A stretch of 32,000 bases of DNA from contig NJBF01000031.1 in the NCBI GenBank assembly GCA_003144275.1, forward strand, positions 25,496 through 57,495, in the 5' to 3' direction. The DNA is from Candidatus Heimdallarchaeota archaeon B3_Heim (GTDB lineage: Archaea; Asgardarchaeota; Heimdallarchaeia; Hodarchaeales; Hodarchaeaceae). The stretch's first letter is position 1. Each line of letters starts with the position of its first letter. The position numbers and the translations under genes are program-made. The notes under the pieces are model-generated. The model was given only the letters and a program-made list of their open reading frames with translations, had not been told where the DNA came from and did no database searches. This document shows, in pieces, positions 19,686 through 28,182 of this stretch.

Positions 19686-20337
19686 AAAACGAATTGGACT
19701 ACGATTTGATCTCCACCATTTAGAAGAAAAATTAATGATTAGCCCATTGAAAAAACTCATGTTTAAGTATTTTGAATTTAGAATTTTTAAAAGGCTCCTC
19801 TATTCGCTTAACATGAATTTACATGGAAAACAAATACTTGAAGGAGGGTGTGGCGCTGGATATGGAATTGAAGTGATGTCAGAGCACTTCCAACCAAGTG
19901 AGTACATTGCTTTTGATCTCAATAAGGGAATGGTTGCTCGATCACAAGCCAAAGTGAAGAGTAAGGGGCTCCCAGTAAATGTCTTTCAAGGAGATATTAC
20001 AGCCATTCATCTCCCTGCGGAAAAATTTGATGCTGTGTTTATTTTCACAGTCTTACATCACGAAAAGAATTGGCGAGTAGCGTTAAGTGAGATAAATCGT
20101 GTCTTGAAACCCAATGGATTATTACTGATTAATGAAATAAATAATCGCTCATTGAATTGGTTTGAACAGTATGCCAAAGTCTACCACCCGAAATCAGCTC
20201 GTTTTACATGGAAAACGTTCAGGAATGAGCTTGCAAAGGCTGGATTTTCCATTTTAAGAGAATATTTATTTCTTCAAGATCTTGGGTTTTTTGTGGGGTG
20301 CAAAATTTCCACTAAGAACATTTCAGATGAAAGTTAG
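19651..20337 (+). CDS. Class I SAM-dependent methyltransferase (UbiE/Methyltransf_11-like)
   Basis: ILEGGCGAG, AFDLN, GDITAI, FDAVF and EINRVLKPNG motifs. Likely start ATG 19735. Confidence 0.9.
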   Translation: MDLPHSIPSHSEKRIGLRFDLHHLEEKLMISPLKKLMFKYFEFRIFKRLLYSLNMNLHGKQILEGGCGAGYGIEVMSEHFQPSEYIAFDLNKGMVARSQAKVKSKGLPVNVFQGDITAIHLPAEKFDAVFIFTVLHHEKNWRVALSEINRVLKPNGLLLINEINNRSLNWFEQYAKVYHPKSARFTWKTFRNELAKAGFSILREYLFLQDLGFFVGCKISTKNISDES

Positions 20338-20338
20338 C

Positions 20339-20647
20339 TCACTCCTCTTTTTTACTCCAATCAGAATTTTCAGGCCATTGATGGTCTTTATCTAATGTTT
20401 CAATTTCAAAAACAATACCTAATTTGGAAGGACAATGAATTTTCCATAACCCATCTATCTCCCATGAGTGAGCACCGCCGGCAGCCATCCCTAAATAAGG
20501 AATTAGAACATAATGTGCATCATCACATAACAAAGTCTTTCCAGTAGGTTTCATGAGTGCGTAAGGAGTTTCCCACGACTCCCCTACCTCATGAGGACAT
20601 TTTCCATGTTTTTGGACAACACGTACTCTTAGTTGTTTCATAATCAA
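20339..20647 (-). CDS. Small Cys-containing protein (TIGR04076-like)
   Basis: Pattern VRVV...GKCP..VGE...LC..A....IPY.....GG..W......CP....VFEIE. Confidence 0.65.
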   Translation of the reverse strand: MIMKQLRVRVVQKHGKCPHEVGESWETPYALMKPTGKTLLCDDAHYVLIPYLGMAAGGAHSWEIDGLWKIHCPSKLGIVFEIETLDKDHQWPENSDWSKKEE

Positions 20648-20717
20648 TCTAAATGCAAGCTAATTATTTTGATCTTTCGGTTATTGAAACACATTTTGTT
20701 TATTTTTAATCCATTGA

Positions 20718-21038
20718 TTAAGTTTGAATCTTGACAAATGCTCCCTCTTTCAAAAAACGTGAAGCCATCTCAACATATTTCTCTTTAAATTTCAAAAGTT
20801 CTTCTTTAACAGCTGTTTTAGAGCTATCATGAATGTTTCCAATGATTTTTGCCGAGACACCAACACAAATGGCCCCTGATTCAAATGTCTGTCGTTGTCG
20901 CGCTAACCCCGCCTCTCCTAGTACAGCCCATTCTTTCATAACAACATAGTCCGAAACAACAGCACCCATACCTACTACTACATATTTTTCAAGAGTTGCA
21001 TTATGAATAATACATCCATGACCAAGGGTTGTTAACAA
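20718..21038 (-). pseudogene. 5'-truncated gamma-carbonic anhydrase family (hexapeptide repeat) gene
   Basis: Begins abruptly at TLGHGCIIH, followed by VVVGMGAVV. It lacks the N-terminal half (AVIRGD...QDN..H). Similarity stops near 21029. Confidence 0.85.
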
Positions 21039-21050
21039 TCAATTAATTAA

Positions 21051-21070
21051 TGACAAATATAGACAAATAT
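21051..21070 (+). repeat. Tandem 10-bp repeat (T/A)GACAAATAT x2, candidate transposase-binding motif
   Basis: TGACAAATAT AGACAAATAT. Related inverted copies TAGCTGTCT and TATTTGGCT lie at 22624-22641. Confidence 0.6.
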
Positions 21071-21335
21071 GGGCAATTAAACCAAGAGAAAGGAAGAAGA
21101 AAGAAAGATGGATATAAACAGAATTAGAGCCATAACTTGGCAGTAAACCGTTCTCATGGGATTTTGGAGAAGGCGAAGGGTTTTTTTACTTCCTAACAGT
21201 AAATTATCATAAAAAGACTCCGTTTGAGATGGAGAATAGGGTCTTCTAGTTTTTATTGATGAAAAATCTATAGTAAATTGTCAAAGGCCAGTAAAGGTAG
21301 GAAGTTCTATTAGGTTTTATTCAGGATGATCAGGG

Positions 21336-22616
21336 ATGCTCGTAACACGAGGGTACAAATACGAATTAAAGGTAAATAACAAGGAACGGACGCTACTGGG
21401 TAAATGTGCTGGTATATCGCGATTTGCGTGGAACTGGGGATTAGCTGCGCAGAAATCGCGATATCAAACCCAAACAGGTGTAACACGATTTACAAATGCG
21501 ATGAAACAACATAAAGAATTAAACCGCTTGAAACACACTGATTTTCCTTGGATGTATGAGGTTTCGAAATGTATCCCGCAAGAGGCACTCCGCGACTTAG
21601 ACCGTGCCTATCAGAATTTCTTCACCAATCATCAACAAAGGAAAAGGAAGCAAACCATCCGTTATGTCGGATTGCCGAGATTCAAGAAAAAAGGCAAGTG
21701 TAAGGACAGTTTTCGATTGACTGGAGTGATTCATCTTTTTCCTGAGGTAAAACAGGTTCAGTTTCCTCGTCTGGGGAAATTACGTATAAAAGAAAGATCA
21801 AATTTTCCTTTATCAGCACGTATACTGAGTGTTACGATTTCTCGGACTGCTGATCGCTGGTATGTCGCTCTCACTGTGAAAGAGGAACAGTCTGATTGTA
21901 AACCAAACGGTGGACCAATTATTGCCTTAGATAAAGGATTATCTGTCTTTGCAGCCTTATCTTCTGGAATACCAATCGCACGCCCTAGATTTCTCCTCCA
22001 GCAAGCTCGAAAACAGCGTCGGTTATCGAAAGCTCATTCGCGGAAACAAAAAGGCTCAAATAATAAACGGAAGTCTGCCCTCCGCTTAGCGCAATTCTAT
22101 CGTCGAATTACGAACCAACGGCATAATTTTTTACATCAAACCTCAACTTATCTGGCTAAAAACCACAGCGTGATAGTTACCGAGGATTTACATGTCAAAG
22201 GATTAATGCAAAATAAGAAACTGAGCAAATATTGGGGTGATCTTTCACATGGTCTGTTTCAGCGTTTACTCGCATATAAGGCGCCTTTATATGGTTCTAC
22301 GTTGATTGAGATCGATCGCTGGTTTCCTTCCTCGAAATTATGCTCTAACTGCATGTATTACCATCGTAATCTAACGTTAGCTGATCGGGTTTTTCATTGC
22401 CCGTTATGCGGGTTGGTATTAGATCGTGATCAGAATGCTGCGTTCAATGTAGCCAATTATTATACTATCTATCAGTTCTTACTCTTTCCGGTCGCCGAGA
22501 GTTCTGCGGAGACCCTAAATGCCTGTGGAGAGGTGGTAAGACCTGCATTTAAGCAGGCTCGCGTCGTTGAATCAGGAAGAACAGCTCCAAAGACTGTTGG
22601 CAATGATTATCCTTAA
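21336..22616 (+). CDS. tnpB: RNA-guided endonuclease TnpB
   Basis: N-terminal GYKYEL...AGISRFAWNWGL and PRFKKK. RuvC-I ALDKG, RuvC-II TEDL, Zn finger CSNC/CPLC, RuvC-III DRDQNAA. The D-E-D triad is intact. Confidence 0.96.
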   Translation: MLVTRGYKYELKVNNKERTLLGKCAGISRFAWNWGLAAQKSRYQTQTGVTRFTNAMKQHKELNRLKHTDFPWMYEVSKCIPQEALRDLDRAYQNFFTNHQQRKRKQTIRYVGLPRFKKKGKCKDSFRLTGVIHLFPEVKQVQFPRLGKLRIKERSNFPLSARILSVTISRTADRWYVALTVKEEQSDCKPNGGPIIALDKGLSVFAALSSGIPIARPRFLLQQARKQRRLSKAHSRKQKGSNNKRKSALRLAQFYRRITNQRHNFLHQTSTYLAKNHSVIVTEDLHVKGLMQNKKLSKYWGDLSHGLFQRLLAYKAPLYGSTLIEIDRWFPSSKLCSNCMYYHRNLTLADRVFHCPLCGLVLDRDQNAAFNVANYYTIYQFLLFPVAESSAETLNACGEVVRPAFKQARVVESGRTAPKTVGNDYP

Positions 22617-22657
22617 TTATTCCTAGCTGTCTTATTTGGCTAAGTCTTTCAGAACGG
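22490..22657 (+). ncRNA. Putative omegaRNA (reRNA) scaffold overlapping the tnpB 3' end
   Basis: GC-rich block GTCGCCGAGAGTTCTGCGGAGACC...AATGCCTGTGGAGA...GAATCAGGAA, as commonly seen at TnpB right ends. Hairpin CCTGC-ATTTAA-GCAGG at 22542-22557. The 5' boundary is approximate. Confidence 0.7.
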
Positions 22658-22666
22658 TTGTGTGTG

Positions 22667-23257
22667 TTAGTATTCTTCACACGCACGATAAAAATATTTT
22701 TTGGGATGACTGCAAGCTGGACAGATCTCTGGTGGTTCGGTTCCCTCATGCATATATCCACATTCGGCACAGTACCAGTAAATCTTTTTTTCTTTTTTGT
22801 AAAGTGTTTTACCTTTGAGCTGGTCAAGTAATTTTACATACCTCTCTTCATGATGTGCTTCAGCAATTGCTATTGCTCTAATACGTTTAGCAATATCTGG
22901 TAATCCTTCCTCTTCAGCAATATCAGCAAAGCCAGGGTACATTGTGGTGGTTTCATAGTGTTCACCTGCAGCTGCTGCTTTTAAATTTTCTATAGTATCA
23001 CCAAACACAGTTGGAACCACTACTTCATCAAGTTTTGATTCATCAAGAGATTTATCACCAATTTCCTTTTTCAACATTTGAGCCATTTTAAAGAACCATG
23101 ATGCATGCTGTCTCTCTTGGTCAGCTGTTTCAAGGAATATTCTTTGTATTTGGGGGTAACCTTCTTTTTGTGCAATTTTTGCATAGAATGTATACCTATT
23201 TCGTGCTTGGCTTTCGCCAACAAATCCTTGTAGTAAATTATAATACGTTTTTTTCAT
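22667..23257 (-). CDS. rbr: Rubrerythrin
   Basis: [17 protein letters not shown]...MYP and EAHHE diiron motifs; C-terminal CAEC...CPAC rubredoxin-like site. Confidence 0.96.
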   Translation of the reverse strand: MKKTYYNLLQGFVGESQARNRYTFYAKIAQKEGYPQIQRIFLETADQERQHASWFFKMAQMLKKEIGDKSLDESKLDEVVVPTVFGDTIENLKAAAAGEHYETTTMYPGFADIAEEEGLPDIAKRIRAIAIAEAHHEERYVKLLDQLKGKTLYKKEKKIYWYCAECGYMHEGTEPPEICPACSHPKKYFYRACEEY

Positions 23258-23401
23258 GAATTATCACGATTAAGAATTGGAACAAAGTAGAATTTTAAAA
23301 GTTTGGAAGGACGAATACCTTTTTGTTTCGTATCTAAAAATAATTAAACCTTCATTCCTTACGGTATATGAAGTAAAATAATCACTATCAGGTAAATAAT
23401 T

Positions 23402-23779
23402 ATGATTTCACCCAAAGTAAGAGATCTATTCAGTTTTTTAGGTAGTGTTGTTCTTATTATCATAGGAATCATCTTAATTCAACTAGAAACTCCATTCGAA
23501 ACGATTTCTGCGATTGAGATAAGCGGACTCTTGTTTTTGTTTATTGGATTTACAGGGATAGGGGGATTTATTTACAGAATCATAAAACAAAATTGGGCAA
23601 GATACTCTGCTAACCCGCCAACCGTTAAACCTCATCAGCAAATAGATTCTGCAGGAACTATTAATGGTCCGACCGATATACCGCCCAAGATTTGCCCTGT
23701 TTGTGATGAAAAATACCCAGAATCGACAATTCATACTGTTTGTATTATGTGTGGAACTCCATTAAACTCTAAGGCCTAG
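23402..23779 (+). CDS. Two-TM membrane protein with C-terminal zinc ribbon
   Basis: Two hydrophobic helices, then CPVC...CIMC. Confidence 0.8.
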   Translation: MISPKVRDLFSFLGSVVLIIIGIILIQLETPFETISAIEISGLLFLFIGFTGIGGFIYRIIKQNWARYSANPPTVKPHQQIDSAGTINGPTDIPPKICPVCDEKYPESTIHTVCIMCGTPLNSKA

Positions 23780-23911
23780 TAAATGTTGGTATCTTTTATC
23801 TGTCATCTTTAACAAGAATTTAAATAAATTACTATTTAATCAGAAATTTCTAACCAATTTTAACACATAAGCCGACTTAAAAACTTAATAGAATATTATC
23901 ACCTGTGTTTG

Positions 23912-23944
23912 ACGACGGGGGTCGTATTACCCTTAGTAGTACGA
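23912..23944. other. Overlapping inverted repeats in an intergenic region
   Basis: ACGAC-GGGG-GTCGT (23912-23925) and TCGTATTAC-CCTTA-GTAGTACGA (23922-23944). Confidence 0.5.
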
Positions 23945-24014
23945 AGATAAAGGCTTTTAAAGACTAAATTTCTCTCTAAATTTACAACGGATTGTTGAAG
24001 GGTTTGAGATAATT

Positions 24015-24413
24015 ATGGTTCAAGAATTAGACGGACTAGTTCAGGCTTTTTTGGGATTTCGGAAATTTCAATTTCATGAAAATGTCAGTGTTAGAGGAAA
24101 GAATGACAAGAATGTATCGTTTTCATATCTTGTTCATGGAAGTACCGACCCACACGTGAACTTGGGAGGAAATATAGGGGTAGTTGTCAAAGATTGGTCA
24201 AGAAGTTGTGGTTATAATTGCATTTTGGAAGCAGAACGATTACAAACAAATACTCCTGATTTAAATCGTGTAATGGTTGTGGCCAACCAATTCTCAAGCA
24301 CTGCGCGTGAATTGGCAGAAAAATTGGGAATTCTTACTCTTACTAAAGGAGAACTTGTTAGCATCCAAAGTATGTACCGACAGCAATTCTCTACGACAGT
24401 ATTTGATCCGTAA
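24015..24413 (+). CDS. Mrr-like PD-(D/E)xK-fold protein, catalytic residues degenerate
   Basis: VVVKDWSRSCG...VMVVANQFSSTARELAEKLGI matches the Mrr_cat (E)xK..W and FS..A...A...GI pattern. Confidence 0.6.
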   Translation: MVQELDGLVQAFLGFRKFQFHENVSVRGKNDKNVSFSYLVHGSTDPHVNLGGNIGVVVKDWSRSCGYNCILEAERLQTNTPDLNRVMVVANQFSSTARELAEKLGILTLTKGELVSIQSMYRQQFSTTVFDP

Positions 24414-24575
24414 TCTCTTTTCTTTTTTTAAAAGCAAATCCCGCAAGAATTATTAACAACTCATTATTTGCGATAAAACTGGGAGGTATTCCGTACAGAA
24501 ATTGTATGGACGAAAATATTTTAAAGCTTTGAAATAGGTTCAATTACACAATAAAAATTAAAAGGAGACTCTTTC

Positions 24576-25055
24576 TTGGAATTTAAACGTGACTCTACGC
24601 TCGTAAGACTACTTTTCAATTATCTTATTGCAGAGATTCTTTTCTTCATTGGTTCAGGAATCCTCGTCATCTACAAAATGTCTTTTGAACTCGATATGGA
24701 AGATCTACTGACAGGTACCTTTCTCGGCAGTTCAAGTCTTGGATTATTTACTGAAGGTTTAGGATCTACTCAAATTGACTGGTTAACAACAAATCTATTT
24801 CTGTGGCCAGTAAACGTATTTTTCGCCTTATTTAGCTCCTTGTTGTTACTCGCTGGCTTCTTTGCCTTAGCAATTTTAATTCCATTACAGGTTGATGTCT
24901 TTACTGGAGGTAATGCCATTGATGCTCGTGCTGTTCCCGTTGGAATCATGTTCCTAATATGCTGGGGATTATTTCCATGTTTATACATGATACGATCCAC
25001 ATTCCTTGATTGGGGCAGTAAAATAAAGGGTGTCTTTGTTAGATCCCCTAGCTAG
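24576..25055 (+). CDS. Multi-pass membrane protein
   Basis: Three or more hydrophobic segments in 159 aa. Confidence 0.75.
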   Translation: MEFKRDSTLVRLLFNYLIAEILFFIGSGILVIYKMSFELDMEDLLTGTFLGSSSLGLFTEGLGSTQIDWLTTNLFLWPVNVFFALFSSLLLLAGFFALAILIPLQVDVFTGGNAIDARAVPVGIMFLICWGLFPCLYMIRSTFLDWGSKIKGVFVRSPS

Positions 25056-25087
25056 AATAAAGACCCTCATTTAAAGAGGGTAAATTT

Positions 25088-25870
25088 TCATTCTTCTTCA
25101 AGGGAGATAATTGCTCCTCTTTCGGTAGAAGGGACAATAACAATAAATGGATTATACTTTTCTGTATTAAGAGCTAGAATATCTCCAATTTCAGAAAAAG
25201 CAAGCTCAGCACTATTATTACTTTCTGATATATGTGTGACAATTACTACCTTTGGTTTTGTCTTAATAATGAACTCAGCAGTATGCCAATTAGATAAGTG
25301 GCCCTTAGAACTTAAAATTCGTGTTTTCAGTACATCAGAATAAGTACTACTGAGTAATTGATCAAATGAGTGATTTGCTTCAATAATCAGCACATCTAGA
25401 TTATGAAATCCATCGAATAGATATGTAGAAGTCTTTCCGCAATCTAGTAAGATACCAATTCTTAACTTGTCTTTTGTAATTACATAAGCAACAGGATCTA
25501 CAGCATCATGGGGAATTTCGTACGGTACAAAGTTAACACTGCCAATAGAAAATGATTCTGCTATTTCAATAAATTCTGTGTCAATAGGTCCTGTTTTGGG
25601 ACGTATCTTCAGGTAGGTATCATACGTTAACCAGCTTTTGATGTGGTATTTCTTAGCAAGAGTTTTCAAACCTTTGATGTGATCTGAATGTTCATGTGTT
25701 ATTATAATCCCAGTAAGGTGAGATGGATTGGGTTCATTGATATCCTTTAATGCCTTCTCAATTTTGCGATTGGATATTCCGACATCAATTAAGAATCGTT
25801 CATCATCTATTTTAAGAAAAATCGAATTGCCTTTGCTTGATCCCGCAAGTACGCATAATTTAAATCGCAC
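25088..25870 (-). CDS. MBL-fold metallohydrolase (YycJ/WalJ/PhnP-like)
   Basis: GSSKGNS, THEHSDH, PHDA, IEANH, GHLSN and HISE.NN motifs. Confidence 0.9.
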   Translation of the reverse strand: MRFKLCVLAGSSKGNSIFLKIDDERFLIDVGISNRKIEKALKDINEPNPSHLTGIIITHEHSDHIKGLKTLAKKYHIKSWLTYDTYLKIRPKTGPIDTEFIEIAESFSIGSVNFVPYEIPHDAVDPVAYVITKDKLRIGILLDCGKTSTYLFDGFHNLDVLIIEANHSFDQLLSSTYSDVLKTRILSSKGHLSNWHTAEFIIKTKPKVVIVTHISESNNSAELAFSEIGDILALNTEKYNPFIVIVPSTERGAIISLEEE

Positions 25871-25899
25871 TGAGTATCTCCTCGACTATAGATGATGAG

Positions 25900-26835
25900 T
25901 TAACTTGGGAAAAGCTTTTGGGCGTTTTCAAACAGAATTATTCTTTTTTCCTCTTCTGTGAGAATTGGGCTTTTCAAAATTATGTTCTTTGAGTGCTCCA
26001 TTGATGTACCGTGAACCACGGGATGATCTGATCCAAATAAAATATGATCAAATCCAATATCACGAAGTTTAGCGACAGTATTAGGATCTTCAAGAGCATA
26101 GGTCACTGCACTTGTATCTAAGAAGACATTTGAGTTATATCTAGCAATATCTAACGCAGAATTTATCCATGATTCATCATCGGTTACACCATATCCTCCC
26201 AGATGTGCGAATATGACTTTAACTGTGGTTTTCTTAACTAATTTTTCCCAAAAACGTGGGTGTGAGTATTGAACGTGTCTTAGGGTAGGAATTTCAAAAG
26301 GGCCTGGATCTTTTCCGGTATGAATTAAAATTGGCCAATTCTGTTTAGCAGCAAATTTGAAGATACGCTTAACATTCTTATTCTTTTGAGGATGAAAGAA
26401 TTGAAGAGTTGGGATTAATTTTATTCCATGTAAACCTAACGATAAAATTTCGTCTAATTTCGAAGATACATAGCTTTTTGACTTAGAGGGATTAACTGAT
26501 CCAAAGCCAATAAAGCGATCAGGATAGGAATTGCGGATTTCTGCAACCTGATCATTAGATGTTACCCCTGTCTGTAGAATCCTAGTCATTGAATCCAAAA
26601 GTTGCTCAGGATTAATAAAGTATGAATAAGCCCACAAATCATCAATTATTTCTTCTCTAAGCTTTAGATCTGTAGTTAAAATGTTAGGTTCTAAATCAAG
26701 TGCAAGGATAACTGCTTTACTTACTCCAGACCTGTCCATTTCATCTATTAAAGATTTTGCGGATATTATTGATCTGATAGGATGTACATGGACGTCAAAA
26801 ACTGAAGAAAGGGAGGAATCAAGCGGGTTATTCAT
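25900..26835 (-). CDS. Amidohydrolase family protein (amidohydro_2-like)
   Basis: DVHVH, HTG, AHLGG, DTS and LFGSDHP motifs. Confidence 0.9.
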   Translation of the reverse strand: MNNPLDSSLSSVFDVHVHPIRSIISAKSLIDEMDRSGVSKAVILALDLEPNILTTDLKLREEIIDDLWAYSYFINPEQLLDSMTRILQTGVTSNDQVAEIRNSYPDRFIGFGSVNPSKSKSYVSSKLDEILSLGLHGIKLIPTLQFFHPQKNKNVKRIFKFAAKQNWPILIHTGKDPGPFEIPTLRHVQYSHPRFWEKLVKKTTVKVIFAHLGGYGVTDDESWINSALDIARYNSNVFLDTSAVTYALEDPNTVAKLRDIGFDHILFGSDHPVVHGTSMEHSKNIILKSPILTEEEKRIILFENAQKLFPS

Positions 26836-26940
26836 AGACGGATCAGATAACCGGAAATTTTACCTTCATTATTAGTTCTTTTCATTTAATGGGAAAGGAT
26901 TTATTTTTCTATAGAAAGGGATTTTTGGATTCGATTCTGT

Positions 26941-27561
26941 ATGGTAACAACTTCATCTGATCGTCCGTCTGTTAAATTAAGACGAATTTTATTTCGAAAG
27001 GATTCTAGAGAAGATGAAACACCATCGGAGGAAAAAAAGCACAAATTTTATGTTTTGAAGATGACTTGGGATCAAGCATGGTCAAAGGTCGATGAGATTC
27101 AAGAAATTATCGACACCAGTGACGATTTAAGAAATGTTACCATTAGAAACTTGGATCCAGAAACCGACGTAGAAAAGTTCGTACGTGTCTATAATCGAAG
27201 TTTTATTTCAGCTCCGGATCCTTACCGGAGCTTAACTCACGATGATTTCAAGCATTTTGATCCAGAATCTACGTTTGTAGCCATTCTTTACGGACAGATT
27301 GTTGGATTTATATTTCTCACCGTTGAACCGCTTTTTAAAAACTCGCTAGAGGTTGGAAAACAAGGAGTAATAGCTGGGTTAGGGGTTGAACCCAGATACC
27401 GGAGAAGAAAGATTGCTTTCCTTCTTGCCGCTCGTGCTGCTGAATTTTTTTCAGACCAATCGGTTGATGAGCTCATCTGTGAGGTCTATTATAAAAATAA
27501 AGTCTCGTATTCATTTATCCAGAACTTTGGTATGACTAAGACAGGGATTATCTACCTTTAG
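26941..27561 (+). CDS. GNAT-family acetyltransferase
   Basis: IVGFI strand and IAGLGVEPRYRRRKIA acetyl-CoA-binding motif. Confidence 0.85.
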   Translation: MVTTSSDRPSVKLRRILFRKDSREDETPSEEKKHKFYVLKMTWDQAWSKVDEIQEIIDTSDDLRNVTIRNLDPETDVEKFVRVYNRSFISAPDPYRSLTHDDFKHFDPESTFVAILYGQIVGFIFLTVEPLFKNSLEVGKQGVIAGLGVEPRYRRRKIAFLLAARAAEFFSDQSVDELICEVYYKNKVSYSFIQNFGMTKTGIIYL

Positions 27562-27725
27562 AATAAGAATTTCATAATTGATTTTTAGTCTGTTTATGGT
27601 GTACCTTCTTGGAGTTAGTTCACTAATATATAAAAAGAATTGGCGTGTCCACTTATTCAAATTCGTCTTTGACTTATTGGGGAGATATCATCTAATGAAG
27701 TAATTCGCACATTTATCCTCCTCAA

Positions 27726-28163
27726 GTGATTAGAATGAATCAATCGAATAGTTTAGGAAAATCAGGAGATATCACAGCCAAAAAACCACATATCCTGATA
27801 ATTGATGATGAAAGAGATGCAGTCGAATTATTATCCCTAATTCTAACAAAAAACGGATTTACAGCTGACAAATCGTATAAAGCTGACGATGCAAGATCAC
27901 TTCTTGATACCGCAGACACGTTACCTGATATAATCATTCTTGATGTGAAATTACCTGGAACGGACGGGGTAAATTTTTGTAAAGAATTGCAAAAAAACCC
28001 TCGTTATCAGCATATTCCAGTCATCTTGGTGTCAGCAATGTGTTTTGAAAGCGACATTGAACGTGGACTCGCAGCAGGGGCCAAAGATTATATCTTAAAG
28101 CCTTGGAGTAATATAGACTTAGTAGAACGAATAAAACATCATTTAATAATAAATAAGTCCTAA
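27726..28163 (+). CDS. Stand-alone response regulator receiver protein
   Basis: IIDDE, IILDVKLPGTDG (phospho-Asp), VSA, and YILKP (conserved Lys). Confidence 0.93.
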   Translation: MIRMNQSNSLGKSGDITAKKPHILIIDDERDAVELLSLILTKNGFTADKSYKADDARSLLDTADTLPDIIILDVKLPGTDGVNFCKELQKNPRYQHIPVILVSAMCFESDIERGLAAGAKDYILKPWSNIDLVERIKHHLIINKS

Positions 28164-28182
28164 TCTGTACTATGCACTTTGA

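Larger units (their letters stand above)
21029..22657 (+). mobile_element. Non-autonomous TnpB-only insertion element with IS607-like ends
   Basis: GG at both junctions (21026-21028; AGAACGG 22651-22657). Subterminal AGACAAATA-like motifs are inverted between the ends. tnpB lies inside and no intact transposase is present. The left boundary is less certain than the right. Confidence 0.65.

Noticed and set aside
21070-21130. tnpA remnant (IKPRE...RW) after the left-end repeats
   Set aside because: Only a few residues resemble a serine-transposase N-terminal HTH; this cannot be separated from chance.
21027-22661. GGTTGT as a true 6-bp target-site duplication
   Set aside because: TnpB-carrying IS families do not make TSDs, and the GG core explains part of the match. 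It is kept only as microhomology.
22549-22827. ORFs 22549..22827 (-) and 22636..22818 (+)
   Set aside because: They span the element end and rubrerythrin in non-coding frames.
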